A stretch of 61,619 nucleotides of DNA. It comes from Nemertoderma westbladi (Eukaryota > Animalia > Xenacoelomorpha). The translations under genes were made by a program, and so were the position numbers. The stretch lies in the NCBI GenBank assembly GCA_032718475.1, contig JAUCBJ010007048.1, positions 1-61,619 on the forward strand, in the 5' to 3' direction. This document shows, one piece after another, positions 30,730-44,011 of the stretch; the first letter of the stretch is position 1; each line of letters opens with the position of its first letter. The notes below the pieces were generated by a model, which ran no database searches, was not told the origin of the DNA, and was given only the letters and a program-made list of their open reading frames with translations.

Positions 30730-31130
30730 GTGAGTTCACAATATTATCGTATGGAATTATGGTCTTGTGAAGGAGTTCTTGTCGTTTACACAACAGGGGT
30801 TAATAATATTAGGCAAAACAACCGATCCAAAGCAAAAGGTATTACCTTTTACTAAAAGTATTATGTCGGAAAAGCTTAATTAACAGTAAGGAGTATAGAA
30901 ATAAATAAGGAACACATCAGTGAATAATATAGAACAATTAATTTTAATAAAATAATAAAAAATACCTAATAATAATAATGATTGCATTGTGCTAAATATA
31001 ATTTGCAGTTATTTAATTCAGTTGTCGCATAAATATCCGACAGATATCCATGGTCAAAGTCCGACCAAGAGGATCAAATCAATTGTATGATTTCGAGATC
31101 TAGATATGTTCTTGGGTGCAGGAGAGGCAG

Positions 31131-33032
31131 CTCTCGACGGTGGCTCTGTATTCCAGAGCGATTCCAACTCTTTAACGTGGGTCACTTTGGATACTCTCGA
31201 CGATGGCTCTGTATTCCAGAGCGATTCAAACTCTTTAACATGGCTCGCTTCACATACTCTCTACGATGGCTCTGTATTCCAGAGCGATTCCAACTCTTTA
31301 ATGTGCCTCGCTTCGGATACTCTCGACGGTGGCTCTGTATTCCAGAGCGATTCCAACTCTTTAACATGGCTCGCTTCACATACTCTCTACGATGGCTCTG
31401 TATTCCAGAGCGATTCCAACTCTTTAATGTGCCTCGCTTCGGATACTCTCGACGGTGGCTCTGTATTCCAGAGCGATTCCAACTGTTTAACGTGGGTCGC
31501 TTCGGATACTCTCGACGATGGCTCTGTATTCCAGAGCGATTCCATATCGACAGTGGCTCTGTATTCCAGAGCGATTCCAACTCTTTAACGTGGGTCGCTT
31601 TGGATACTCTCGCCGATGGCTCTGTATTCCAGAGCGATTCCATATCGACAGTGGCTCTGTATTCCAGAGCGATTCCAAATCTTTAACGTGGGTCGCTTTG
31701 GATACTCTCGCCGATGGCTCTGTATTCCAGAGCCATTCCAACTCTTTAACGTGGGTTGCTTCGGATACTCTCGATGATGGCTCTGTATTCCAGAGTGATT
31801 CCAACTCTTTAACGTGGGTCGCTTCGGATACTCTCGCCGATGGCTCTGTATTCCAGAGCGATTCCAACCCTTTAATGTGGGTCGCTTCGGATACTCTCGC
31901 CGATGGCTCTGTATTCCAGAGCGATTCCAACTCTTTAACGTGGCTCGCTTCAAATACTCTCGACGATGGCTCTGTATTCCAGAGTGATTCCAACTCTTTA
32001 ACGTGGCTCGCGTCGGATACTCTCGACGATGGATCTGTATTCCAGAGCGATTCCAACTCTTTAACGTGGCTCGCTTCAAATACTCTCGACGATGGCTCTG
32101 TATTCCAGAGCGATTCCAACTCTTTAATGTGGCTCGCTTCGGATACTCTCGACGATGGCTCTGTATTCCAGAGCGATTCCAACTCTTTAATGTGGCTCGC
32201 TTCGGATACTCTCGCCGATGGCTCTGTATTCCAGAGCGATTCCAACCCTTTAATGTGGGTCGCTTCGGATACTCTCGCCGATGGCTCTGTATTCCAGAGC
32301 GATTCCAACTCTTTAATGTGGCTCGCTTCGGATACTCTCGCCGATGGCTCTGTATTCCAGAGCGATTCCAACCCTTTAATGTGGGTCGCTTCGGATACTC
32401 TCGCCGATGGCTCTGTATTCCAGAGCGATTCCAACCCTTTAATGTGGGTCGCTTCGGATACTCTCGCCGATGGCTCTGTATTCCAGAGCGATTCCAACTC
32501 TTTAACGTGGCTCGCTTCACATACTCTCTACGATGGCTCTGTATTCCAGAGCGATTCCAACTCTTTAATGTGGCTCGCTTCGGATACTCTCGCCGATGGC
32601 TCTGTATTCCAGAGCGATTCCAACCCTTTAATGTGGGTCGCTTCGGATACTCTCGCCGATGGCTCTGTATTCCAGAGCGATTCCAACCCTTTAATGTGGG
32701 TCGCTTCGGATACTCTCGCCGATGGCTCTGTATTCCAGAGCGATTCCAACTCTTTAACGTGGCTCGCTTCAAATACTCTCGACGATGGCTCTGTATTCCA
32801 GAGTGATTCCAACTCTTTAACGTGGCTCGCGTCGGATACTCTCGACGATGGATCTGTATTCCAGAGCGATTCCAACTGTTTAACGTGGCTCGCTTCGGAT
32901 AGTCTCGACGATGGCTCTGTATTCCAGAGCGATTCCAACTCTTTAACGTGGCTCGCTTCAAATACTCTCGACGATGGCTCTGTATTCCAGAGCGATTCCA
33001 ACTCTTTAACGTAGGTCGCTTCGGATAGTCTC
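31131..33032. repeat. 63-bp tandem satellite (~30 copies), intronic
   Basis: Unit CTCTCGACGATGGCTCTGTATTCCAGAGCGATTCCAACTCTTTAACGTGGCTCGCTTCGGATA, with two shortened units near 31540 and 31640. Confidence 0.97.
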
Positions 33033-34359
33033 ACAAAATTTTGATGGGAGTTGTGCCCATTTCGTCACTGATTCATTATCTATCATCAAAACATATTCCA
33101 GTCCGTTATCTCTTTTGTTATATTCTAGACCGATCATTTTATCTTTCTATAGCTGCTTTATTTCTTAAAATATTTATTTAGTAAAGTTAATTTCACAACA
33201 AACTTATACCACAAATATTTTTACGTAACTGCACGGTCAGCTTTACCCTTTGTATACAAAGTTAATTTCAGATATAACTGATAATCCTTAGCCAAATCCT
33301 TTTGGTAGCTAATTAGTAATAAATGTCCGCGCTGCTTAAGTTTGTATGCTGCATAAATGTCCAGGCTGCTGAAGTTTGTATGCTGCATAAATGTCCACGC
33401 TGTCTCAGTTTTAGCATTGCCTAAATGTTCTAAGATCATAAACTCAGAAATATGGTAAAGTTAGGGGCATATAGAAAATTCGGTTAGTCACACTCTTAGC
33501 GATTAGATATCTTTTTCTTAAATTATATTGAATATGCTACATATTACTTATTATATAACAACTTAATAAGAAATGATAATTCTAAATATAATATAATATT
33601 AAATTATTTGCAAAACATTTAAATGCTCCAACTTGAATTGTGAATAATGTAAAAATTATTCTAACTTACTCTTAACTTAGCAAAGAGTATATTATTAAAA
33701 CTGATTACATAAAAAGAAAGTAAGACCATACTTTTAGGGATCATTTCTATAGTATGGTTTGCTCATACCCATCTCCTCCATTGAGAGCGAGGCTAAACCC
33801 TTGAGGATGAGGTAGAGTGGCCCTTCCTGAGCGTGAGGAAAGTCTCTAGGTCCATCTCTTTGAGGTCTTCCTTGAGACTGTCGATGATCTCTCCTACTCC
33901 TTCTGGAGCGGGATGGACCGGCCACGTTCTGAGGGGGTTTATTTAATAATCAATTTTGTAACGTTGTAGTCTCTATGATGAGATAAAGCGGTAGGTATGG
34001 TATGCCCTAGCCAACGGTGATATAGTATAGAATAAGTCATAATTAATAATGAGAGGGTCTAAATGGCTAATATTATATAATTAATGTAATGTTAGTTAGT
34101 TAATTAGTTAGTTCGTAGTGTCGTTAGTTAAAATCTTTTGTTCATCAAAACTCCGATGTTTAAAAAACATATGGAGGCAGCCCGTCTGGATGGCCCAGAC
34201 ATGGCTGATGATTGGTGATGAATAAGCGTCAGCAGTCGCACGTTATTTGTTCTAAATCTAAATCTATACTACAATACATACTACTAGTATTAAACACATA
34301 CTCACTCAAATATATTTATACTCAAATATATATATATAATCGCTCTCAGCCTTGTCCAC

Positions 34360-34750
34360 CGGGTACAAGGCTGAGATAACTCCCTCTTGAAATGACTCCC
34401 CAGTCATCTCAGCCTAGGCTGAGAACACTCCTCAGTCGTCTCAGCCTAGGCTGAGAACACTCCCCAGTTATCTCAGCCTAGGCTGAGAACACTCACCAGT
34501 TATCTCAGCTTAGGCTGAGATGACTCCCCTTAGGCTGAGATGACTCCTCTAATTGAGTTATAATTCATATCCTGTAACCTATGTTATTGAGATATCGTTT
34601 ATTGTTTTGGTTAGAAAAGCCCGCCACTGTAACCTGCTCATTCCCGTTAATTAAGAAATCTAGGGAGAAAACTAGGGAGTGTTCTCAGCCTAGGCTGAGA
34701 AGACTGGGGAGTCATATTTGGCGGGGAGTTATCTCAGCCTGTTACACCGG
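34360..34750. mobile_element. MITE-like module with inverted ends and 32-bp subrepeats, each holding the palindrome TCTCAGCCTAGGCTGAGA; recurs, whole or in part, in the array units
   Basis: AGGCTGAGATAACTCCC...GAGAACACTCC (from ~34369) is inverted at ~34677-34740. No TSD identified. Confidence 0.55.
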
Positions 34751-35119
34751 CCTGCTTCAGACTTAATACAAAATGTCAGTTGTCTCCAACAGGGAAAAAC
34801 ACCACCAAAATGAATTACAGTACTGGTACCGGTATCTGATTCGAAAATCCCTCCACATACTGTGTTGTATTGTCTAAGTGTTCGCAGTTCGCGCATTTAC
34901 ATGTGTCCTGCTATAACACGCTGCCTAAGTGTACACGTTACCTGAGTGTATGTATGCTTTATGCGTGTATAATCTGCTTAGTTGTGTGCTGTCAAGCAAA
35001 GTGTACACACTCTAATTTGGTGTGCTGCCTAAGTATACACTATACATGTACAAGTTGCCTATGGCGATGCTGCCGAAATGTGCCTGATGCGTAAGATTGC
35101 TTGCTGCTTAATTGTACAC

Positions 35120-35775
35120 GATGCCTAAATATCCACGCTGCTTAAGTGTGCACTCTGCTTAAGTGAGCACTCTGCCTAAGTGTGCACTCTGCTTAAGTGT
35201 GCTCTCTGTCTAAGTGTGCACTCTGCTTAAGTGTGTACTCTGCTTAAGTGTGCACTCTGCCTAAGTGTGCACTCTGTCTAAGTGTGCACTCTGTCTAAGT
35301 GTGCACTCTGTCTAAATGTGCACTCTGCCTAAGTGTGCATGCCGTGTAAGTGTACATGCTGACTAGAGACACATGCTGCCAAAATTTTTAAAGTACACGC
35401 TACCTAAGTGTGTATGATGCCAAAGTGCACATTCATGTATGTGGTCGTGCTGTGAACTGCACGATCTGCCTTAGATTGTATGCTGATTAATTTTATATGC
35501 TGCATAAATGTGTATGCTGCTTAAATGTGAATGCTGCATATATGTGTATGTTGCCTAAATGTGTATGCTGCATGAATGTGTGTGCTACCCAAATGTGTAT
35601 GCTGCATAAATGTGCATGCTGCACAAATGTGTATGCTGCCTAAATATGTATGCTATATGAATGTGAATGCTGCCTGAATGTGTATGCTGCGTAAATGTGT
35701 ATGCTGCCTGAATGTGTATGCTGCCTAAATGTGTAAGCTGCATGAATGTGTATGCTGCCTGGATGTGTATGCAGA
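35120..35775. repeat. 17-bp minisatellites (CTAAGTGTGCACTCTGY and AATGTGTATGCTGCCTR), also present in later array units
   Basis: Directly visible 17-bp periodicity. Confidence 0.9.
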
Positions 35776-36589
35776 ATAAATGTCCAAACTGCCTCAAATA
35801 GATTGAACATTGCTTAATGTGCTAAGATCATCAACTTTGAATTATGGTAAAATTATTGGCATAGAAAATTATGTATTCACACTGTAAGCGGTAAGATGTC
35901 GTGTTCTTTAATTATACAGAATATGCGAAGAATTATTTTTTATATTACACGTTGATAAGAAATGATAATTCTGAATATAAAAAAATAGTAAATTATTTGC
36001 GAAAAATATATATGCGCCAACTCGAATTGTGAATAATGTAAAAATTATTCTAACTTACTCTTAATTTAGCAAAGAGTAAATTATTAAACCTGATTACATA
36101 AAAAAGAAAGTAAGACCATACTTTTAGGGATCATTTCTATAGTATGGTTTGCTCATACCCATCTCCTCCATTGAGAGCGAGGCTAAACCCTTGAGGATGA
36201 GGTAGAGTGGCCCTTCCTGAGCGTGAGGAAAGTCTCTAGGTCGATCTCTTTGAGGTCTTCCTTGAGACTGTCGATGATCGCTCCTACTCCTTCGGGAGCG
36301 GGATGGACCGGCCACGTTCTGAGGGGGTTTATTTAATAATTTTTTATTCTAATCAATTTTCATTTTTGTTTTCATTTTGGGATACAAGTTTAATGTAACC
36401 ATGTGTAATTAGCCATTCGCGAATGGCCTCAAGGCCCATTTATACTCTGCCGTACACGGCAGCCGTTCAACGTCGTAAGACGGCAGTGAGTCCCATGCAA
36501 AATCTGTAGTTGTTTTACGGCCGTACCGGTGAACGTACGACGGAGATGCCACAAAAATTCGCATTCGGCGGGCGGAACGAATAGAAAAC

Positions 36590-39073
36590 ATATCTATTCG
36601 ATCATGTTGCCGTACGGCACTGTGTAGTGAAGCAATCTTTTGCATTGTGAAGGCCTATAATTATAATCTTTATGTAAAACAACAGTCCGAAATACTAGTG
36701 TATGGTGGCCCATGAGTATCGTATCACACAAAAAAACAAATTAAATTATAAAACAAATAAAATTAAATAAACAAATTTAAAAAATTTATTTTAAAAAATT
36801 TTTAAAAAGAAAAATTAATTAAATATAAAACTAATGAAGAAAAAATAAATAAATAAAATATTGTTTGTTGTGGCACATCTGTATCAATCCATAGAAATGT
36901 TTATCGTGTATTCTCGCTTTATATCACCCAGCTAAGCCAAAATACGCAATACATGATTTATTTGCTGAAGTGGTACTGATGATAATATTTACTACTGTCG
37001 CTCAAATGTTTTACCAGCCCAGCCCACTTCCAATTTCGGATATTGGAAGTGATACTGATGGGCTCGTAAAATTATATACATTTCCATGGATTGATACTGA
37101 TGTGCCACCAACAGCAACAAGAGTACCTTTTTTACAAGTGAATTTTTGCAAAAAAAATTTTTTTTATAAATTTTTTTTAATTTTCCTTTTTAAATTTCCT
37201 TTTCCTTTTTTCTTATTTTTAAAAATTTAAGAAGAGCCCGCGACTTTTTAAACGACGCCTCCGCCGCGCCTTTGTCTCGGCTGATATACCCTCGACACGG
37301 AAACCAAAGGACTAAGCAGGAACGACGGTAAACTCCCCGACCTTCTAAATTGGTCATTGCAAAAACCGCTTGCGTGGGACTTCATCTGCGTACACCGGCA
37401 GGCCGCCTCATACAGTAGTGTCGCACAGACTGAGGGATCACCAGTCGCCGAACTGGCGGAGACACGGAAACTAGCAAAATACTCTTCGATAGCACCTTCC
37501 ATTATACTGCAACCAATCACCGTATAAACATTAGGATGACTCGGACCTCCTAACTAATTAACTGTGAAATTCCTACAGGACCTCGGCAGACGAATAAGTG
37601 CAGTTAATTGGGACTCAGGGCGATTTCTTACCTAAGACTATTATGAGAATCGCCATAACAGTACAAGCGGGGAATGCCGGTTGCATCCGCGAGTCTTTAA
37701 ACTTTACACCTCCCAAACCACTCAAAGACTGTAGTTTTTAGCTTTTTTTATATCCTTTAACAGTAGAACGAGATTTTCTTTTTAAACATTTTTTTTTCAT
37801 TTCTCTTACAGTAGACTTTAAATTCGTTATTTTAAGTTCTTATTACGCGACGCCCTCCAAGATATTGCGACCACAGTAATACCGAACTCGGCGTGGACCC
37901 TGAGCTCCGCATTGCAGCTAGCACCTTCTGCCTCATCGGCCTCAGCTGCTGCGTGCGCCGCTCTCACGGGCCGCCTCCACAAGCCATCTGGTCCTCACTC
38001 CTCGATTTCCAACGCCCACGAGGCATGGAAGGGACGCCCAAATACCAACGGACTCAGACTCAGCGAGACAGCAGGCGTGGATGGAGCCACTGCACGAGGC
38101 GAACCGAGCGGCTCTTTGGGCCGCCACCACGGCGCAACTGAAGATTGCCCGTCTCAATGCGGTTAACACCCAGTCTCCGGTTAATGGCTCGACGCCATAC
38201 CCATCAGTTCGTTGGGACTGAAACTCACCGACGCCCAGATCCGAGTTTCGGTCGCCACACGCCTCGGTTGCAAGGTAACCGAACCCCCGGTGCGGAACCA
38301 CAGACGTTAGATCAGAAGGCCCCCATGGTCTGTCATGTCGGAGAAGCGCCGGGAGGATGGCACGTCACTCTATGTTGAACGACATCGTGCGGCGAGCCAT
38401 GGCAATCTGTGGGGTCCAAGCCTTGCTGCTGCCACCGAGGTTGTGCAGAAACGATGGGAAGCGAGCCTCTATCATCGGGACCGCGAACCCTACCTGCACT
38501 TTCAGAGGGTCTCTACGACCTCCTCTCTGCTCCCCCGCACCCATCGCGGGTCAGACCGCTTGACTGACTTTTTTTTAAGTTTATTTTTATTTTATAATAT
38601 TAGGTATTATTAGTTGGAAGGCTTTGTGCTTATAATTTATTTTCAAGTGTAAATTACTGTCTACTTTTTACACGATAGCAACTAAATAAACATACTATTC
38701 AACATCATTACAATATGGAAAAGCATTAACTTGTTCCAGAAATCAAAAAAAGGTTTTATTAATTTTTACCTCTACTTTCTTAGGACGTTAATATATCCGG
38801 CTCCAATGTTTGTTTTTCCAATGTTATGTTAATGTAAATGAAATTATATTTATTATATCAATTAATACAAATTAATTAATTAAATTATTTTAATTTAATT
38901 TTATTTGTTTTTTAATTTAATTTGTTTTTTTGTGTGATACGATACCCATGGGCCACCATACACTAGTATTTCGGACTGTTGTTTTACATAAAGATTATAA
39001 TTATAGGCCTTCACAATGCAAAAAGGTGTAGCCTACACAGTGCCGTACGGCAACCTGATCGAATATAAATGGT
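36590..39073. mobile_element. Segment bounded by ~180-bp inverted repeats; probable non-autonomous DNA transposon
   Basis: 36590-~36770 is the reverse complement of ~38890-39073. A smaller IR pair (~36866-36900 / ~37078-37112) is nested inside. TSD not resolved. Confidence 0.6.
37850..38570 (+). pseudogene. Degenerate 3' part of a CRE-like non-LTR retrotransposon (restriction-like endonuclease type)
   Basis: Across frames: AIPISSLGLKLTDAQIRVSVATRLGCKVTEP, ARHSMLNDIVRRAM, LCRNDGKR, FQRVS. Confidence 0.75.
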
Positions 39074-39099
39074 TATTAAGAAGGGCGTTACTTATTAAA

Positions 39100-39800
39100 T
39101 CAAAAAGAAATGTTGGTTCTGTCTCATCTGGAAGCAGTGCAAACACTACAGGGATGGCCTCCACTCTCGGGCAGGTCACTAAATACCGCATGTAAAGTAT
39201 ACAGCACTTTCGTTACAATTTTAGCTTTTGGGTCTTTAGGATTGAACTAATAGTTCCCATCGCCAATAATATGCTTGGCATTGCTGAAAGCAATTAGTTG
39301 TCGTCTGGATGTGCAGACAATAAACGGAACTTCGTCTGCGTCCGACTCAAAAGCCCAAACAAAGCGCTCATCTTTGGGGAATTCCTTCCATGTTGTCTAA
39401 GAGAGAGTCTACCTCAGCAAACTCACGTGTAGAGTAAGTGCGAGCTAAGGTATCAGGAATACGCATGGGACCATCACCTACATTAAGAACACGAGGGATT
39501 TTAAAGCAATGATTCGCATTCGATTTGGACTTACAGTAGGTGGGAAAGATAGAGAAATGTCTTGAACTACTGTAGTTGAGGATTATTACCATAGCGATCC
39601 TGAATTCTGCCCAATGTCTCATAGTGGGCTCTAGCCGGTCTCTTTCCGCTGCTCCTGACACTCTCGCAAGTTTCCCTGTATTCTTGTCAGACTAAGACAA
39701 CAAGTATCTTCAGGCGCATCTGTCCAAACAAAACAGATGTGATCATCTTCTCGATTGGTTGTCCAACGGTTTTCTTTAATTGTAGCATCCCGTCTGCATT
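39100..39800 (-). pseudogene. Mutator-like (MULE) transposase fragment
   Basis: The minus strand reads AKHIIGDGNY*FNP...VLYTLHAVF...PVVFALLPDETEPTF, matching the MULE DGTF...LYTIH...PxVFALLP motifs; stops and frameshifts present. Confidence 0.7.
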
Positions 39801-40179
39801 AGAACGTTTTAAGTGAATTGAAAAGTAGTTCAAGGATAAACTACAGTAACGCTGCTTGTTTTTTAAAAACACAATTTATATTTATTTATCATTGTAAATT
39901 TAGTTAGTAATTGCTTTATGGCCGAAAACTGAAGCAATAAGAAAAACCAATATTTAATTTGCGTGCGAATAATGAGACGATCAATGAACAATAAGTCAGC
40001 GGGACCCTATATTATAACTATTCACTATTGAATTAGAGTTTAGATTATTTTCCCACGCTTGTGAAAATAACGTGTGAAGCAAATTGTTCTTTGTGTGAAA
40101 CAATGCTTCACATTATGGGAAACTTTTTATTCGCACGTTACAGAAACTCAGATTTAAACTCGAGAAACATTCTTCTGCT

Positions 40180-40425
40180 GGGCCAAGATATCCTGCGGGC
40201 TAAGAATACCCGCGGGCTAAGAATACCCGCGGGCTAAGAATACCCGCGGGCTAAGAATACACCGGGGTAAGAATCCCCCCGGGCTAAGTATGCCCCTCCG
40301 GGTTAAGAATACACGCGGGCTAAGAATGCGCACGGGCTCAGAATGCCAACGGGCTAAGAAAGTCTGCGGGCGAACAATTCCCATTTTGCGGGCTAAGAAT
40401 TCCCGCGGGCTAAGAATACCCGACC
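40180..40425. repeat. 17-bp tandem repeat GGGCTAAGAATACCCGC
   Basis: About 13 variable copies. Confidence 0.9.
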
Positions 40426-41849
40426 GTAATGCCCTGTCTGCGCCGACCAGTTCTATCGCAGAATTTACCTGCGAGTGAGTGTATGCCACCACAGAAGTGT
40501 GTATAGGTTAATACCTCCCGAACCTCATCATCGTGTCACTTAACCCTTAATCGACCAGTCCGGCGTTTGGGATGTGGAGAATTCGTCCACCCAAGACGGG
40601 TTTCCCTTCTTAACCTTGGGGAGCAGGGCGTATCGAAGGACAGAAGAGGTCTTATGGTTATTATGTATTATGCACTCATATGCAGAACAGGTTTAAGATT
40701 ATATATACGTCATACTGATATTGTATTTACTGTTGGAATTATAATGACAATTATTTAACTAATTTCAGAATTCTAGTATTTGTTGCCTACACTTTAAATT
40801 GCATACTCTGTAACCAGCTTCTTCCCATCAATGCCAATTATATATTATCAATATCAAACATCAGTTACAATATTGTATAAGCTTTTTTACTATTGTTATA
40901 AAACCCGCATCTGTAACCTGCACATTTCCATAAATTTGTAACCATATAGTTTACAGAATTATTTTTTTATTAAAGTCTGTCTCAATACCCTGCTCGCTCA
41001 TTTCCCTGTATTGTTAAAGGTGTGTATTGTTTTGCTTAGAATAGCCTGCCGCTGTACCCTGCACCTTTCCCTCAATTGGTTACGATATCGTTTATTGTTT
41101 AGTTAGAAAACTCTCTCTGTAAAAACTCTCTGTAATAACCTGCTCCTTTCCTTTAAATTGTAATTATACCCTTTATTATTTTGGTTATAAATTCCACATG
41201 TAACATGCTCCTTTCCCGGTATTGGTAATGAAATTATTTATATGATATAATGTTAGAAAAGCACACCTCTCTCTGTGGCAAACCGAAATTTCACAATTCT
41301 CGAGATTGGGTTAGTTTATGGTACTGTTTAATTATAGAGTTATCAGTCAGCATTATTGGCTTTCTTATAGATAGTGTACTGCTTATTACATTCTCAATAG
41401 CTTATTCTGTTAGGAAGATAGATTATTATCAAATATAACTGCGTTTCTCATCATCTGATCTGAAGATTATAGATTGTCTAATTTCTTAGTAATCTATAAG
41501 TTATCTCCTTCATTAACAATTCCTCGTACCGGATAGTCACGCATTCGACAGGTTGTTGTATCATCCAGTTCTAACGACTGCTTGGTGGGCTGTGCCTGTG
41601 GAATTGCTGACGCGTTTTTATCGTCAGTCTGCAGTTACTTTGAGTTGAGTTAATGGTGCAAAATCACCGTATTCACAAAACACAGTGCGTATTTAGTGGA
41701 TTTAAAAACAATGAGTATTGTTAGTTCTGTTGGGAGTTTAAGGGCTCAGTAACACCAGAAGATATTGACGATTAAATAAATTGTTTTTAAAATTAAATAT
41801 AGCAGCTTCAGTCATCAATTATTATAAGTATTGAATTAATTATCAAATT

Positions 41850-41972
41850 ATGAAAGTGTATTACAGTTTCATATTTGTTTGATTGAAGAAATAAATAATA
41901 TAATATAATATTATATTATTATATTATTTATTTCTTCAATCAAACAAATATGAAACTGTAATACACTTTCAT
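41850..41972. repeat. Near-perfect AT-rich palindrome (~55-bp arms)
   Basis: ATGAAAGTGTATTACAGTTTCATATTTGTTTGATTGAAGAAATAAATAATA... is mirrored by ...TTTCTTCAATCAAACAAATATGAAACTGTAATACACTTTCAT. Confidence 0.92.
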
Positions 41973-43505
41973 TATTAAACTCATGTTGGTATGATTATAT
42001 GTATATGTATGGCAATATGATTATTTATTATTTACTTTACTTTATTTTATTAGTATATTAATTTTATTTTAATATTCAGCACCTTCCTCAATTGGTAAAG
42101 TGGTATCGTTTATTGTTTTGGTTAGAAAGGCCCGCCTCTGTAACCTGCTCCTCTTATTGGATGTTATTTATTATATATCTTTCTTGTCAATTCAAAATAG
42201 TTGTTATTGATAACAGTTTTTATTACACATCCTGAACGTCTCTCTGATACACTCCGTTACTTTATTATTGATAGTAACAATGTGTTGGCAAGCTGTATTT
42301 TTCGAGGTATTTGTTATTATAGTGTTAAGTGATATTATAGCGCTAAGTAACTTCGTTACTTAGCAACAGGAGCCTCCCAACAGAAAATTGCCCTAAGTTA
42401 TCTTATTGGAAAGTCAACAATCAATATGTCTTGTGGAAGATAATATCACCGGTCTACATACTGTATCCACCTTCTTAATGATATCATCATTGAAAACTGT
42501 GAGAATTTTGAAAACTGTCTGACAAATGGCAGAGAGTGTAGTGTGTCAGTACGTAATGTCGTAAACATAGGTTTGTTTTTGACGTGATTTATAATTATAT
42601 GGCTTTCGCATTCTATTGGCTAATATGTCCTATGTCCATATATATCCTATATATGGTAAAACTTGGAAATTTTTCCAAGTCCTTATCGCCAGCGATAAGA
42701 CGCTTATCACCTATGGCGTATCTCTTATCGCCAGTTGTGAACGCTTCTGCTTATCGCTTTTCTCTTATCGCACGTTTCTTATCGCTTATCGCTCAATTGT
42801 GAACCGTGCTTAAGTGTGCACAATGCCTAAATTGTGTACGCCGCCTAATTGTGTTTGCTGCTTAAGTTTGTATGCTGCATTAGTGTCCACGCTGCTTAAG
42901 TTTGAACATCGCCTAAATGTTCTAAGATCATAAACTCTGAGATATTGTAAAGTTAGGGGCATATAGAAAATTCGGTTAGTCACACTCTTAGCAATAAGAT
43001 ATCGTTTTCTTCAATTATATTGAATAAGCTAAATATTATTATATGATATACTATATAATATATATAATATTATATAAAATACATAAGAAATGATAATTCT
43101 AAATATAATAAAATATTAAATTATTTGCGAAAAATATATATGCGCCAACTCAAACTGTGAATAATGTAAAAATTATTCTAACTTACTCTTAATTTAGCAA
43201 AGAGTAAATTATTAAAGCTGATTACATAAAAAGAAAGTAAGACCATACTTTTAGGGATCATTTCTATAGTATGGTTTGCTCATACCCATCTCCTCCATTG
43301 AGAGCGAGGCTAAACCCTTGAGGATGAGGTAGAGTGGCCCTTCCTGAGCGTGAGGAAAGTCTCTAGGTCGATCTCTTTGAGGTCTTCTTTGAGACTGTCG
43401 ATGATCGCTCCTACTCCTTCGGGAGCGGGATGGACCGGCCACGTTCTGAGGGGGTTTATTTAATAATCAATTTTGTAACGTTGTATTCTCTATGATAAGA
43501 TAAAG

Positions 43506-44011
43506 ATATTTCAACGACCATTTATTATATTTAATTAATAATACATAATTTAAGGTACGTAATACGAACACGTAACAATACAATACAATGCTTCACAGTA
43601 CAATACCAGATAATACAATACTTTACTATACAATACGATACATTGCAATACGATACAGTAAAATACAGGCAATACAATACAATAAATAAGTTACTATTCT
43701 ATACAGTACAAATCGGTTTGAGACAATACACTACGATAGGCTAAAATCAAGGTTGTAAGGTCTGTATTGTCTGTGAGGCCTCTAAAGCACCCCATCTACT
43801 GAGGGGGGGAAGGTTGGGGATCTGCGCAGCCACATGGAGGAGTTCCCACGCCACAGGATAACGGATAGCCTCTGGAAAAGGTGTCGGATTGAGTCACCAG
43901 TGGGTGTACCACGTCTCAGGCCCTGGAGTCTGGCAATTTCCCGAATGGTAGAGGAAGAGTGGGGATCCCAACCGCCTAGTGCCTCAACGACCAAGGGTGT
44001 AAAACATCAAA
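43506..44011 (-). mobile_element. 5'-truncated CRE-like non-LTR retrotransposon insertion
   Basis: VVEALGGW...IRHLFQRLSVILWRGN is an RLE-type C-terminus, followed by a TATTG-rich 3' UTR. TSD ATAAGATAAAG at 43495-43505 and 44012-44022; the B units show the empty site. Confidence 0.88.

Larger units (their letters stand above)
33330..36340. repeat. Diverged first cluster of the composite ~2-kb repeat unit
   Basis: The conserved block recurs at 33734 and 36124 (2390 bp apart), with the same sub-modules as 42810-53300. Confidence 0.9.

Noticed and set aside
31087-33034. Long repetitive ORFs (up to 498 aa) and a CRISPR-like appearance
   Set aside because: Pure 63-bp tandem repeat with no unique spacers and no cas genes; ORFs in several frames follow from the unit length.
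34400-34545. Palindromic repeats with spacers resembling a CRISPR array
   Set aside because: Linkers are ~14 bp and near-identical, and the context is a eukaryotic intron.
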